DNA from: Heterodontus francisci
Taxonomy: Eukaryota
Length of the DNA stretch: 64,000 nucleotides
Direction of reading: 5' to 3'
NCBI RefSeq assembly: GCF_036365525.1
Contig: NC_090382.1
Coordinates: forward strand, 79,623,223-79,687,222
The number at the start of each line of letters is the position of its first letter. The first letter of the stretch is position 1. Shown here piece after piece: positions 35,613 through 49,842 of the stretch. The notes under the pieces are model-generated. The model was not told the origin of the DNA. It saw only the letters and a program-made list of their open reading frames with translations, and did no database searches. The translations under genes were made by a program, and so were the position numbers.

Positions 35613-37556
35613 CTCCTAACAGGAAGAGATTGGAGGGTGGCAAATGTGACCCCACTATTTAGAAAAAGGAGGGAAGAGAAAAAACATTGAATTACAGACC
35701 AATTAGCCTTACATCAGTAGTGGGGAAAATGCTATAGTCTATAAGAAAGGATGTGATAGCAGAACACCTGGAAAGCATAAACAGGATTGGACAAAGTCAG
35801 CATGAGTTTACGAAAGGAATATCATGCTCAACAAATCTGCTGGAGTTTTTTTGAGGATGTAACTAGTAGAATAGATAAGGGAGAACCAGTGGATGTGGCG
35901 TATTTGGATTTTCAGAAGACTTTTGATAAGGTCCCACATAAGAGGTTAGTGCAAAATTAAACCACATGGGATTGAGGGCAATATACTGGCATGGATTGAG
36001 AATTGGTTGACAGAAAGGAAACAGAGAGTAGGAATAAACGTGTCTTTTTCCGGGTGGCAGGCAGTGACTAGTGGGGTACCGCAGGGATCAGTGCTTGGGG
36101 CCCAGCTATTCACAATATATATTAATGACTTGGGTGTGGGAACTACATGTAACATTTCCAAGATGACACAAAGCTGGGAGGGGAATGTGAGCTGTGAGGA
36201 GGATGCAAAGAGGCTCCAATGTGATTTGGACAATTTGGGTGAGTGGGCAAATGCATAGCAGATGCAGTATAATGTGGATAAATGTGAGGTTATCCACTTT
36301 GGTTGTAAAAACAGAAAGGCAGATTATCTGAAAGGTGATAGATTGGGAAAGGGGGAGGTACAACAAGACCTGGGTGTCCTTGTACACCAGTCACTGAAAG
36401 CAAGCATTCAGGTCGTATAGGACTTTGGTTCGGCCACATTTGGAATACTGCGTGCAGTTCTGGTCGCCACATTACCAAAAGGATGTGGATGCTTTGGAGA
36501 GGGTGCAGAGGAGGTTCACCAGGATGTTGCCTGGTATGCAGGGCGCTAGCTATGAAGAGAGGTTGAGTAGATTAGGATTATTTTCATTAGAAAGACGGAG
36601 GTTGAGGGGGGACCTGATTGTGGTGTACAAAATCATGAGAGGTATAGACAGGGTGGATAGCAAGAAGCTTTTTCCCCCAGAGTGGGGGATTCAATTACAA
36701 GGGGACACGAGTTCAAAGTGAAAGGGGAAAAGTTTAGGGGGGATATGCGTGGAAAGTTCTTTACGCAGAGGGTGGTGGGTGCATGGAACGCATTGCCAGT
36801 GGAGGTGGTAGACGCGGGCATGATAACGTCTTTTAAGATGTATCCAGACAGATACATGAATGGGCAGGAAGTAAAGAGATACAGACCCTTAGAAAATAGG
36901 CGACAGGTTTAGATAGAGGATTTGGATTGGCGTAGGCTTGGAGGGCCGAAGGGCCTGTTCATGTGCTGTAATTTCCTTTGTTCTTTGTTCTAGGGGCAGC
37001 AAGCAATTAGAAAGGCGAATGGTATGTTGGCCTTCATTGCAAGAGGATTTGAAATACAGGAGCAAGGATGGTCTCCTTATCTGAGGAAGGATGTTCTTGC
37101 CATGGAGGGTGTGCAAAGAAGATTTACTAGTCTGATTCCTGGGATGGCAGGATTGATGTAAGTGGAGAGATTGGGTGAACTAGGCCTATATTCACTACAG
37201 TTTAGAAGAATGAGAGGGGATCTCATAGAAACCTATAAAATTCTAACAGGACTAGACAGGCTAGATGCAGGGAGGATGTTCCCGATGGCTGGGGAGTCCA
37301 GAACCAGGGGTCACAGTCTCAGGATATGGGATATGCCATTGAATTCTCTACCGCAGAAGGCAGTGGAAGCCAAGTCATGAAATATATTCAAGAAGGAGAT
37401 AGATATATTTCTTAATGCCAAAGGGACCAAGGGATATGGGGAGAAAGCAGGAACAGGGTATGAATTAGACGATCAGCCATGATTCTTTTTTAAATGGCGG
37501 AGCAGGCCCGAAGGGCCAAATGGCCTACTTCTGCTCCTATTTTCTATGTTTCTATG
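35613..37556 (+). mobile_element. CR1 LINE inside the solo LTR
   Basis: ORF 36007-36258 VTSGVPQGSVLGAQLFTIYINDL; TTTCTATG tail at ~37545. Confidence 0.85.
36413..36992 (+). mobile_element. CR1 3' fragment nested inside the CR1 at 35613-37556
   Basis: ORF 36425-36721 [16 protein letters not shown]; own tail TTTGTTCTTTGTTCT; host sequence resumes GCAGCAAGCAATTAG. Confidence 0.85.
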
Positions 37557-39782
37557 AGAGCGATAACATCATTACCTTAAAGAGAGAGAGATGGAGAGAT
37601 ACATCCTAACAGCTTGTATTCTGGCCAAGCCAGAAAGTATGCCAGCCCTGCTGCAGAATCCTACATTTATATTACATAGCAGTGAAAGCTAAATCTTCAA
37701 CGGAACCTTCAATCAAGAGAGAGATCTACAATCATCTCAGGCTTGCACCCAGCGAGAACTTGATTTCGAAGAGAATTCAACAGGTTTATTGTAACCTCCC
37801 CCCCTACTAAAAGCCACCTTCTTTTTTCCCTTCTCTGTCTCTTCCCATCTGCAAGTGTGTGTTAGAGCGAATGAGTGAGTGGATGCGGTTGCGACAATTT
37901 CAGGATAAGGCGTATTGATCAATAAACAATTGACACTTTTTTAAAAAAAAAAACAGGAAAACCTGTCGCTGTCTGTTTATTTGGAAAATAAGACACCAAG
38001 AGGCTAAACTCTAATACAAATATACTTGCTGTGGTCAGGTGGGGAGTTGAACAATGGAACCACCAACATCACACCACATAATGTTAACATACTCTTAACT
38101 TCCCTAGTAAGCCATAGATTGATCTTTCTCACCGAGTTTTTTTTTTAAATGGTATGTATTTTTTGTTGAAGTTTTTGAATCATTTCATTAAATGTTTCCT
38201 GCTGTTTACCTACCATATCTTTTAACTATTTACCCAATCAACCTTAGCCAGTTCTCCCCTCATACCTATATAATTGCCTTTAAGTTTAATAATTTTGTTT
38301 TGGGCTCGAGTATGTCACTCTCAAACTTAGCATAGAATTAAATTGTTTGATCATCACTTTTTTCCAGAAGATCTTTTACTATGAGATTACTAATTAGCCC
38401 TGCCTCATTACACAATACTAGATCTAAAACAGCTTTATCACTAGTTGGTTCCACAACATATTGTTCTAGGAAACTGTCGTGAAAGCATTCTACAAACTCA
38501 TCTTCCAGACTACCTTTGCCAATTTGATTTGTCCAGTGATAAACACTGAAGCATTAAGAACCTGGGTTTGTAGTAAAAGAGTTTGTGAGAAGGTGGCAAT
38601 TAGCAGGGCATGTGTGGCACACTGCTGAAGATAATCCATTGGAAGGTGATAGAGTGGATCCTGGGTGGAAAAATACCACACATAGGCCAAAGCTGAGATG
38701 CAGGACTGAATACAGGTAGGCCTGAATGGAAAATTATGGAAATAGAACAGCAGGACTATCAGCATTTTCAAAAAGTTAACTTGGGCGTAAACCCTTTGTC
38801 AGAAATGGGACAGTGGAAATGGATAGACAGCCGTGGTAGTGAGTATGATGAGATGGTGCTGTTGCCAGCCTGGGCCAGATTCAGTGCCTAAATAACTTCT
38901 AAATTAGGTACCAGGAAAATGCACAGAAGCATAACAGGCATGACCTCCACTTAGTACTTCTTAACAACATGGGTGTGATTGGAACTGCAGAAATTGGAGA
39001 AGCATAGGTAAAAATATAAGCCGGTGTTTCACAACACCAGATATTGATACTCCTTTCACCGCATTCTCTTCCAACTCCCTTCAGCTTTAGTAAAATTCCA
39101 TGATGTGCATAAAGACTGATGTCAAGCACAAAATAAGTTTACTATTTGCATGATGTGATCAGGGTTTTAAAAATTCCCACTACTTCATCTTTCCAAATTC
39201 TCTATGAACCAGACCACAAAAATGTTTTCAAACCCATTGAAGGTGATATTCAGGGACTGCACTGCTGTTATCTTCCTTATAAAATTGATATCCAACATTG
39301 AATGACACTTGCAAAACCATGGTCAGAAAAGGAAACTCCACGTTCATTGCATTTAGTGTGCCCAGTGGAAGGTTGACAGCTCTCTCTGTAGAGGATCCCA
39401 CCAACAAAGATTTATCCAAAACCCGAAACCTGGATTGTGCAGTCAGCGGTGCAGTGACAGCGCTCGCAGCTGACCTTGAAGAAAGCTGCCCACAAAGGTC
39501 TAGCGATCTCTGTGGCGTGGATTTCCCCTTTCCCAATGGCAGTTTAAATCTGGCACCAAGTCAAGGGGATCTCCAGGCGTCCAGCAGCAGGGTAAGCAGT
39601 CAATCACACTGAAGTATTCTTACAGCCGGCAAACTAGGAAGTCAAAAGCTCCGAATCCCATCACTTTTAATTTAAATTAAGATAGTGAAATAAATGACTG
39701 GATTAAGGCAGAAACTAATATATTATAAACAAACTTTTAAATATTTTAAAATGTGGATTTTTTAAAAAATGATAATTTATAG

Positions 39783-40268
39783 AAGGTTTACTAGACTAAT
39801 ACCTGGAATGGGTGGGTTGTCTTATGAGGAAAGGTTGGACAGATTAGGCTTATATCCGTTGGAGTTTAGAAGAGTAAGACCTGATTGAAACATAAAAGAT
39901 CCTGAGGGGTCTTGACAGGGTGGACGTGGAAAGGATGTTTCCACTTGTGGGAGAATCTAGAAGTAGCGGTCACTATTTAAAAATAAGGAGTCGCCCATTT
40001 AAGGCAGAGATGAGGAGAATTTTTTTCTCTCAGAGGGTTGTGAGTCTTTGGAATTCTCTTCTTCAAAAAGCAGTGGAAGCAGAAACTTTAAATATTTTTA
40101 AGGCAGAGGTAGATAGATTATTGATAAGCAAGAGGATGAAAGGTTATTGGGGGCAGGTGGGAATTTGGAGTTGAGGTTACAATCCGATCAGCATGATCCT
40201 TTTGAATGGCAGAGCAGGCTTGAGGAGCCGAGTGGCCTACTCCCTCTCCTAATTGGTATGTTCGTAAT
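39783..40268 (+). mobile_element. CR1 3' fragment
   Basis: ORF 39920-40174 DVERMFPLVGESR..FFSQRVVSLWNSL. Confidence 0.85.
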
Positions 40269-41185
40269 AGAGAAATCTGAAATTCCACAAATGTAAAATC
40301 AGCTTTTCAGGGCCATTGATGGTGTTTAAGCAGTAAATATGAACATAGTACACTATTAAAAACCCAATTACACCTCATTCAACATAATGCAGACTTTCTC
40401 AACTTTTTTTTTCCCCCCCACAGTGAGACTAACAGTGTCAAAGTGGAAGTTTTCATCAATTCACTGACTGCTTCGGAATTGCACTCTTGGGGAACTTTAA
40501 CAGCATACACTCTGGAGAAGTGTAGAATCCTCTACCGCCATAGATGGAAAACACTTATTATTCATTCATGGGACGTGGGTGTTGCTGGCTAGGCCAGCAT
40601 TTATTGCCCATCCCTAATTGCCCTCGACAAGATGGTGGTGAGCTGCCTTCTTGAACCGCTGCAGTCCTTATTGTGTAGGTACACCCACAGTGCTGTTTTC
40701 CTCAGTGGAGGGGAAGAGAGGATGAAGCAGAGGAATCTTGAGGGAGAGAATAAAACCTGCAAATTTCCAATCACTGAGCTCCACAGTACTCCAATACACA
40801 TCATTCAGTTATTCTAGCTTTTAATATACTACATGGTAACAGTTTAATTATGGTCTAGCCAGATTAATTTTCTGGAGTTTTGCTCAATTATCCTGGGAGG
40901 TCAATGAAAAAGTTCAGGGAAGTTTATCTTTCTAAAGCGTGATCTGTGGTGGGAAATGGAATGCATCGGGTAGAATACATGACAGGGCAGGTTGTTATGG
41001 GTTTATGGAAGGAAAAGGTTCTCACTTATCTAATTCATACTAACTAGGTTCACCTAGGAAGAATGGCCAATTGGGCAAGAAACCCCAGAAAACTGTTGTG
41101 GTAGTATACCCCATTATGAGTCAATGACATCTTAAGAAAAAAACATTGAAAAGATATAGATTGTACAAGAATTTACAATACTTAC

Positions 41186-41275
41186 CATTTGGATGGAACA
41201 TTTTTGACACAAATCTAACAGTTGGAGGCTTATTAGGATATTCCTCTGTAAATTCTATAACCAGTTTGAAAGTAC
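41186..41275 (-). CDS. UBE2B: UBE2B exon 4 (90 nt)
   Basis: [30 protein letters not shown]; AG/GTAAGT boundaries. Confidence 0.96.
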
Positions 41276-41699
41276 CTATAAACAGAAAAACACATGACTC
41301 TCTATTGCACTTAATATTACAAAAAGACCTGAGTTAAGTGAAATAGTCGTTATGAATTAGAACTATTGTTCTCTCATTCAATCCCCCTGGTTTCTTTATA
41401 TGAGCCAAACCTTTAGGGGTTTGCAATACAAAAATCTTGGAGTAAATACTCCTTCCTACAAAAATATAAGAGGTACATTTTTGCAGTATGAAAGCAGTTG
41501 TAAATTTCTATGCATTAGGCACAATGATGCAAATATTCAGGCACCAATTCATAAAGCCTCACTAAAAACCTCTTTTCAAATATGCCTTTGACTCCACCCC
41601 CCAAAGTTTCTGTTTGATGTCCAACTTTCCCCTGCAAAACACTGTACAAAATACAATTTACCACTGCAACAAGTACAGATAACGTCCTAAATATAAATC

Positions 41700-42160
41700 C
41701 AATAAGAGAGTCTAACCACCTCCCCTTGACATTCAACATTATCATCGCCGAATAGCCCATCATTAACATCCTGTGGGTCGACACTGTCCAGGCTTGATGG
41801 CACCTCCCTACCACCTTAAATATTCACTCCTTCCACCAGTGATGCACAGTGGTTACCGCATGTGCCATTTCCAAGGCACCTCCTAGACCCGCGACCTCTA
41901 CTACCTAGAAGAACAAAGGCACCAGGCCCATGGGAAGATCCCCACAAAGACAAACGACATGGAAATATATTGATGTTTCTTCATCGTCTTTGGGTCAAAA
42001 TGCTGGAACTCCCTACCTAACAGCACTGTGGGTGTACCGACATCACAAGGACTGCTGCGATTCGAAAAGTTGGCTCACCAACACTCAAGGGCAATTGGGG
42101 ATATGCAATAAATGCTGGCCTTGCTAGCGACACCCTCATTCGATATATGTATTAAAAAAA
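41700..42160 (+). mobile_element. Degenerate second-family LINE 3' fragment
   Basis: Similar to 26960-27670 including GCAATAAATGCTGGCC tail. Confidence 0.7.
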
Positions 42161-42549
42161 ATATTTTTGTTCTTGATATTGCTGCTCATGAAAATGAGTA
42201 GCACCAATATGCACACTATCCTTTTCATGTATGACCATTGGGAACTTGTGCATTATGGTGTGTCATGGCATTAGTGTCCTGCAACCTACTTACTATGGAA
42301 CATCAGGAGCAAAGCACCTTTTTAAAGGGTGTTAAATCAGTCCAGTGACCCAACATGTAAACAGACCAACATGATATATAGTGAGTGTGGATCTGTGTCT
42401 TGCAAGATGCACAAGCTACCAGATAGGGAATGACGTGGTGCATGGAATAGAGCAAATTAATTTTCCCCCTTGCTTTCCAACTATTTTTCCAAATTAATTA
42501 ACAAAAAAAGGATAAAGTGCGTTTACTTTGTTCAGCAATGCTAACTTAC

Positions 42550-42575
42550 CATCTTCAAAAGGTGTTCCTTCAGGC
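42550..42575 (-). CDS. UBE2B: UBE2B exon 3 (26-nt micro-exon)
   Basis: (G)PEGTPFED(G); TTTCTAG acceptor, GTAAGT donor; phases fit. Confidence 0.95.
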
Positions 42576-43722
42576 CTAGAAACAGATAAAGTCAGGAGGT
42601 GAAAGAGAACAAGCATTAGAAATATTAAAAACACATTAGGGACCAGCACATGCCACCTACATCCTAACAAGTAGAAAATAGTAAGCCAATGAGAGGTTTA
42701 TATAACATTTTTAAAATCAGTGTGTTAACATATTGTACTTTAATTTGCACAATTTAAGACTGCTCTGCTGCATGCTGTGTGTGAGCAACTGAGTCATCCG
42801 GGTTACCTTGACAACAGAGGCCACATCAGCCTCCCACGACTATTCTGAATTGGCTCCAAGTTGTGCCTACCAAGAATAATTATAGTTAAAACTTTACTGG
42901 AGCAAGTTTGTAAATATTCCTCTTCTGTTCTGGGTTTCCAGTTGCATTCTTATCAAGATTTGCCCTGGTTAGGCAATTTCAGATTCTAAAAAAGTTAATT
43001 TACACTATAACATCAATGATTGGAGCAACTTAGTAACTATTATTACCATTTTTCTTCAACTGTTCGAACAAAAAAAAAGTAGAGCATCCCTCCGTTCCTG
43101 AAACTGTTGAATCTGCTGGTACAGAACCATATAGCAGCATTACTTTGTCCCAATGCCTATTTTTCATGTGTAAGCCTGAACACTGAGTGTTGACAGGTCA
43201 CCCAACTAAGTGACTACCACTGCCAAGACTGATCCAGTCCTCATCCAATACACACATGCACATTCCTCACCAGGAATCACAGGCCTGTGGTCAAGAGTAG
43301 CACACTACAATAGGAACAATGAGTCTCAACTGTAGTACCCCAATCCAGCCCAGGGATTGAACATGGGACAGTCTCAGTCAGTATGGTTAACTACCATGTT
43401 CATTTACCTGCAAGCAATGATTTAAAAAAAAAGTATTTTGTTTCAATTGAATTGCTGAATTATCTAGACTTAACAAAAATCAAAGTGGAAAATAATTTAT
43501 AATAGCTGGTTACTTTAATAATTGGTAAATAACAATCACAGGATTCGTGCAAATTTTAAAACAAGCATTTTACAGCTCCCCCCATAATTTGTGAATAAAT
43601 AAATCATGAAATGCAATACAAAACAGAGATATTGGCCCGGAATTTGTGACGGGAATAATGGCGAGGCTTTCAGTGCTCAATGTTATAATGGAGGAATTCT
43701 GACAGCAACTTCTGGAGTACGC

Positions 43723-44619
43723 AGTTATGAAAGTGCTTCTGCTTTTTGTTAAAAATATCTGTTGAGGAATTCATAGTCAAACCGAAGAAATGTTGGACCA
43801 GTTTTTTTTTCAAGTCATCAAGGGGACACTGGAAGAACTGGTTTGGCAACAATATTTACTGGTTGTCACATGATTCAAGTTAAAAATAGAACAGAAACCC
43901 TGGTAACTAGGAAAGATGTGGGCAGAGAAATGACAGTCGCACGCCCCTTGACAGGACAAGCTCAGGAGCAGCAGATCGCATCCGAGAGAGCAGCAAACTC
44001 GCAAGCTTTTGGTTGTAGTGTCAGTGTTTACCTTCTGGAATGAGATAAAGTTAGCACCTGCTGCTGAAGAAGTGTCATGGAGGAAGAGACCAGATTCTTG
44101 CTGAATGTTTAAAGAAAAGCCTGCTAGATTGGTTCTTAGCGCCGCCTGAAAGGCACTGTTCTGAGAGATCTCAGTGACCTGTCTACATGTACTCAGAGGC
44201 CCGACTGTATGCCAGTTTTGGAACACAACATATCTCATCTGCCGTTTTCTTCAAAAATGAGCAAGTATTCAGCTCAAGTGGTTTTTTTTTGTCTGTAACA
44301 GAGCTCTGAACAAAAATCCCTTTTATTTTTCCGGTTAACTGGTATACGTATGTGTGTGTGTGTGAGGGGCTAAGGTAAAAAAGGAACTTTAAAATTTTCA
44401 ATCTGTTTGTTTATGCTTCATTACTGGTTAAGACTTGTTTTGTAATAAACTGATAATTTTGCTGTTCATTAAAGAAACCTGGTTAGTGTGTTTTATTCTG
44501 GAAAAAAAAAAGTATATGATTGACCATATCATTAAGTGGGAAAATTTAAATGCATGTTGTGACCTATGGAGAAGTTTAACTGGAATAAACAGTGCAGTCC
44601 TCCCGCCTCGGTCGTAACA
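43723..44619 (+). mobile_element. Solo LTR (Gypsy-like), 4-bp TSD ACGC
   Basis: ACGC|AGTTATG (TGTTATG with one change) ... CGTAACA|ACGC; 3' part similar to ~13760-13963. Confidence 0.7.
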
Positions 44620-44667
44620 ACGCACATACACAAATAAACACGGAAATCCAGTCATTACTGGCAAGAG

Positions 44668-44976
44668 CGGCAGTGGTTAGCACCGCAGCCTCACAGTTCC
44701 AGGGACCCGGGTTCAATTCTGGGTACTGCCTGTGCGGAGTTTGCAAGTTCTCCCTGTGACCGCGTGGGTTTTCGCCGGGTGCTCTGGTTTCCTCCCACAG
44801 CCAAAGACTTGCAGGTGATAGGTAAATTGGCTGTTGTAAATTGCCCCTAGTGTAGGTAGTTGATAGGGAATATGGGATTACTGGAGGGTTAGTATAAATG
44901 GGTGGTTGTTGGTTGGCAGACTCGGTGGGCCAAAGGGCCTGTTTCAGTGCTGTATCTCTAAATAAAATAAATAAAT
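44668..44976 (+). mobile_element. HE1-type V-SINE
   Basis: Near-identical to 12911-13227; (TAAA)n tail. Confidence 0.9.
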
Positions 44977-46640
44977 AAGAGAAGCCCTGCTTATCTGCAG
45001 GGTGCAGTATTACAGTCCTTGCTGATAGATTTGACCTTTAAATGACTGCTATGGTGTGAACTTGCCCCATAGATGCACACTAAAAACGGCTGAAAAAGTT
45101 AGAACTAGTGCATTGAGAAGTAAGTGAGATTTAACTAGGCGGTAAATGATAATTACTAAACAACCTCTCTGTCCCTAAAAAGTTAATTTTACAACTATTA
45201 AATCTCATTCCTTCAGAAGAGATTTTTTTTTAAAAAGTGAGGATTCTTCAATCAGATTGGTTGAAAAGCCTTGATTTTGCTTGCCCCAGACACCATAGAT
45301 ACCATGTAGAGGGGGCTATGCTGGAAAATAAGCAATTAGAAGAAATCTCCACTGATAAGCCCACAAAAGGTCGGTGGGACAGCTGGCAGTGAGGTAAATG
45401 GCATGTGACTTCCTTCGTTGCTGAGAGTAAAATCTGGGCCTGGATTACATACCTAACAGGCCAGAATTAGTTCATCTTGGACAAGCAGGTGCTGAGAGGT
45501 CTGTGTTCTTTGGCTACAGAGAGTGGAACAAGAAAGACAGCCAAGGTTTGTAGTCCTCACCACTATCCAGAGTTCAGCTGGACTGTGTGCATGTGTGGAG
45601 ATTGGGAAAGGTCATGATCAAGAACAGCTATAATATTCCTTTTACGAGCTCACAGGTGAAATACGGCCATTTGGTTAAGGTACCAGCATGAGTGAACAGC
45701 TTGAGAGGAGAAAATTGGAAATAAAACATGAATGTATTGCTCACCATGTCGGTAAAAGTGCTCTTTATCTGATTCACTATTCTTGTTTCATAATCCTTAA
45801 AGCACTCAGCATAAAAACTAAACATATTTTGAATCTGATGCCCTCAAATCTGATCTTTTGTGTGATTTTTTATCTTTAAAGAAAGAAGATATACAAATGC
45901 CTTCCAAGTTGAGAACAGTGTGATGGTTCTATTTCACACACCAGCTACCATTAAGATTCCTGTGGGTGGAACTGGTGAATTTGGTAGCAAATTATGAGAA
46001 GCTCTGTACTGTGGACTTGCATTGACTAAGAAGTCAGTTGTGAGTGCTTTAAACCCATTTCATGTAGACTTCTTACAGGCAGCAAGCTCTTACTGCATTA
46101 GTCTGAGCTATATTTGAACCCAGGTATCAGCAGTGAAACAACTATACATTAACTCACTGCACCACCCTTCCCCAAAATATATTTTAAAAGCTTGAAGTGT
46201 CTTGGTGTATAATTATCTATTCTTTGTGTTTAAACTGTAATCTTCAAGTACTGCCTTGCTTTGCACAAGGTCTGCATAATACATGTAAAGTTCTTAGTTA
46301 AATGAAGAATCATTTTCTTTTTGCTATTGTTTGCTCCCTCCATCCCACGCTACAATAATCACCCAAGTTCCAATTCGAAGTGCTTACTTAGGGAACACGC
46401 TATAATAGGTGAAGTCAGTGGGTGAATTGAACAGAGACCGACGCTTACCATAAAGGATTTAATGAAACATTCTCCCTCTCTTCCAATGGTAGCAGTTATG
46501 AATCAAGTAAGTGATTGCTTGAGCCCTGTTCAGTCTTTTCCAGAAAAATGCTGGATGCTTTGGTTTAGCCCTTTCTCTTAGTTAACATTAAAAGCAAGAC
46601 AACATATAAAACCCCATTCACTCTACCTCCAATTACTCAC

Positions 46641-46721
46641 CCAAATATAACTGCATTCCAGGACATTATATTGTTATCAGAAGGTGCACCACTAACACCA
46701 GCCGGAGGATCCTCTTGCAGC
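46641..46721 (-). CDS. UBE2B: UBE2B exon 2 (81 nt)
   Basis: (R)[26 protein letters not shown](G); AG/GTGAGT boundaries. Confidence 0.96.
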
Positions 46722-49700
46722 CTAGTCAGACACAGTACATTTTAAAACACAAACTTACTACTTCTGATTCATTAATGATAACTTATCATAATAAGGTTTA
46801 AACAGAATACTAAAAAGATAATTACTCCACTCTGTGGGTCTTGTTGCACTGTATGAACCACTGCACACAGATTTCCAGAGAGGTATGCATACAACTTGTT
46901 GATTAGTCACATCCACTTGAAGTATGATATTCAAAGTCACCCATCCAGAAGTGATTTTCTGATCATAAATGTTGTTTTGTCCAAGAAGTTTTTGGATGCA
47001 AGCCATGCAATATGACTTCTCTGTACCAAAATAGGCAAGGCAGAGCAAAACTTGCTCCCAGGCACCAACGAGTTATGCTGAAGGCAACCACTTGTGTGGG
47101 TGTAATTCATTATTGTCACTCTCTAACAGCAGATCTCCTAAGATTTTAGACTTGCCATACCCTGCCAACTCCTGTGGTACAGCACAACTGCCAACCAATG
47201 CTGCTTGTAGCTCCTAACCATATTTTGTCAGTCACAGAGCTATTTTACAATATTGAGCTATCAGAGGTGAAAAATTTAACTTGTCACATAACTATAAACC
47301 TTCTCCATTTCAGTTAAATTATTGATTAGGGTGGCTTTCAATACAGTGCTCACAGACCTGGAGAGAAATGAAAACCAACCCACATCACTCCAGGAATTAC
47401 TGGAACATCCTCCATGTTCATAACAGTCCTAAAATAGATTCTAAAACAAGTTATTTTTAGAAAATGGACAGTATAAATAAAGGCAGAGCTTAACCACTCA
47501 TGGGATTAAACAGACTTAAGATCTAGTGCCCTCTTTTTAAAAATGTCAAACAAGTCATTGACTGCTCAATATTGTGTTTAATTTGTGTTATCTTTAAATG
47601 TTACAGTTTTAATTGCTTTCACCCAGTTTCATAGTATACTTGTTAAGAGTGGAAGCAGTATACAAAAAGTACATAAAATATCATCCAGTTTTGTTTTTGT
47701 GTGTTTGTTTTGTTAGTTATATTTGATTGTTAAATCTTCCTCTACACTGCTCCCATGTCAGGAACTGCATGTGTTAATTGCATAACAAGACTCTGCATTT
47801 ACATCAAATACTTCCACGTTCGATGTGTCACAGCCAGCTTCAAAGTATAAGTCAAATCAACTCTGCCCCAACAATATAACATAGCCTCACCCCCAGCACA
47901 GTGCGAAATTACTTGACCTAATGTAAAGTTACTTTCTCCCCTACTTGCTTCAAACTATTTCTTCTCTTCTTGGAAGATGCAGAAATTGCAGACTGCAGCC
48001 TGGGGGTGGGGGGACGTGTGGCGGGTGGACACAGTCTAAAGGTCTGCCCATGTTCAGTGACTGCTTCCTCAAATTTCCCCCTCTCTGTTTGTTACCTCCC
48101 TATGGCACCAGATCAGGAGGCCAAAGCAATTGTTTGGGCATGAACCCCAATCTTGTCATCCTACAGAGCTTTAGCATGGTCTGGATTACAAAATTTTGAA
48201 TAGTTCAATAAAAATAATTGATAAGTCTACAAATAACTGCCCTGGTTAACAAATCAATATACAGACTCCTCTGATGGCTCAAGACAAGACACTACTTCCG
48301 AGCCATAAAGACTAGTAGGTCCCAAGTTCAGTCCCCCAGTCTGTACTAAGCTTAAGTGACAGTCAGGCTGCAGTGCCCATTAGAAAAGAAAAGAGGGAAA
48401 AAAATACAATCGGCCATGGTTCCCACTCTCGATGGTTCTACTATAACTCCTGCTGGAAGTGCATGTTTGGATGCTGGGGGAGAGAAGGATCACTTTAGTC
48501 ATCATATGAAGAGAAATTTAAAAATATTGATATTCTAGTTACATCAGTTGACAGGAACACAGTGTACTCTATAAAGAAAATATACAATCAGTCTCACATA
48601 CACTTAAAAAATGCTACATACCCAGCCAGAGTTTTTTTTAAACTAATATTTTTACAAATAGCACATCATGTTCAACGCTGCCGCTATACTAAGCGAAACA
48701 TAATTGGTGGTTGCAGATACTTGTGCTATGTCCACTTAAACTGTGAAAACATTCAGCAATTCAATTTGAATGTTTTATTTCCAAATGTGGCTAATATTGG
48801 AGGTCATTTTGAACTACATGGCAGTCGGGTGAAGTATTAGCAGTTTTACATTTGTCAATGATGTTGCTTGTACCATGAGGTGATAGAGTTAAGAATCACA
48901 CCAGAATTGCACTGATTGTTAATCAGTGCAAACATCATCCAGTGTGGGACTGAGCCATCCTGACCAGTAAGGTCTCTGGTTCAATGAGCTGTGTTGAGTA
49001 AGCTAATCTCAACCTACTCAGTAGTTCAGGCAGTATATTTGGCTTTAAAGAAATATCAATTTATTTAAGCACCTATAATGATCTCAGGATGTCCCTAGCC
49101 ACAAAACCTATTTGTTAGTGACCTATGCTAGAAAGTGAGACACAGAATTACACCAGCACATTGTCCATGCTTACTCATGACGGATGGCAATCTAGACAAT
49201 GCAGCAGAGTATCTGTAGAGCAATGCATGCAGCAGGAAAGAAAATTGGGTGAGTGGGTGGAAGAAATGTACCGCAAAACGTTAGGCACATTTGCCTATAA
49301 TAATATATACAATCACAAACTAAAACAATATTTCTCCAATTTTAAATGAAATAACTTACCAAATCTATTTTAAGTACATCTATCTTATTAGCTATTGCAC
49401 GGAACAAAGGAAATGGTAAACCCACACTTACTGGCAGGAACCTAACTTTGTGTTTGACTTTCCTTTACTATGGTAGGAAAACTAAGAGGCAAAAAAAGTC
49501 ACCAGGATCAGCGCGACTGACACATGTACTGTATTTTACCGGCACTCCACGTATGCCCGCCTGCAGACAGACACTTTCCCAGCACCACAGGTCTGCTGCA
49601 CCCCGAGTTGTTCCACCACCATCAGGGGCCTGATTCATATTAACTTTTACCGACATCCACACGCAGGGCACATACTGAGCTTGAACAAAACGAGTGGCCT

Positions 49701-49842
49701 GGCTGACATTGGAGGCCTTACACAAGTACACCAGATTAACCAGCATCCACAGACCGGGCGCGCGCACACACACCCCGAGCCGAGGCCCCGGAGACGCCCG
49801 GACACTTGACAAGCTCCCTTCCGCGCCTCGATCCATTTTCAC

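Larger units (their letters stand above)
35283..38089 (+). mobile_element. Solo LTR (TG...CA) with 4-bp TSD TACT, split by nested CR1s
   Basis: TACT|TGTCATG ... GTTAACA|TACT; internal AATAAA at 37921. Confidence 0.75.
32845..38540 (-). mobile_element. CR1 LINE on minus strand hosting multiple nested insertions
   Basis: 3' tail at ~32850, RT remnants 33530-35280, resumes 38094-38540. Confidence 0.8.
43634..45440. mobile_element. Putative non-autonomous DNA transposon hosting an LTR and a SINE
   Basis: Inverted ends GGCCCGGAATTT / AAAATCTGGGCC. Confidence 0.45.

Noticed and set aside
39228-39612. Overlapping ~100-aa ORFs on both strands
   Set aside because: No recognisable domain or splice context; appears to lie in repeat-like intronic DNA
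13228-44619. Single large provirus bounded by two LTRs
   Set aside because: LTRs are diverged, one has its own TSD, and the interval contains UBE2B exons and no gag/pol
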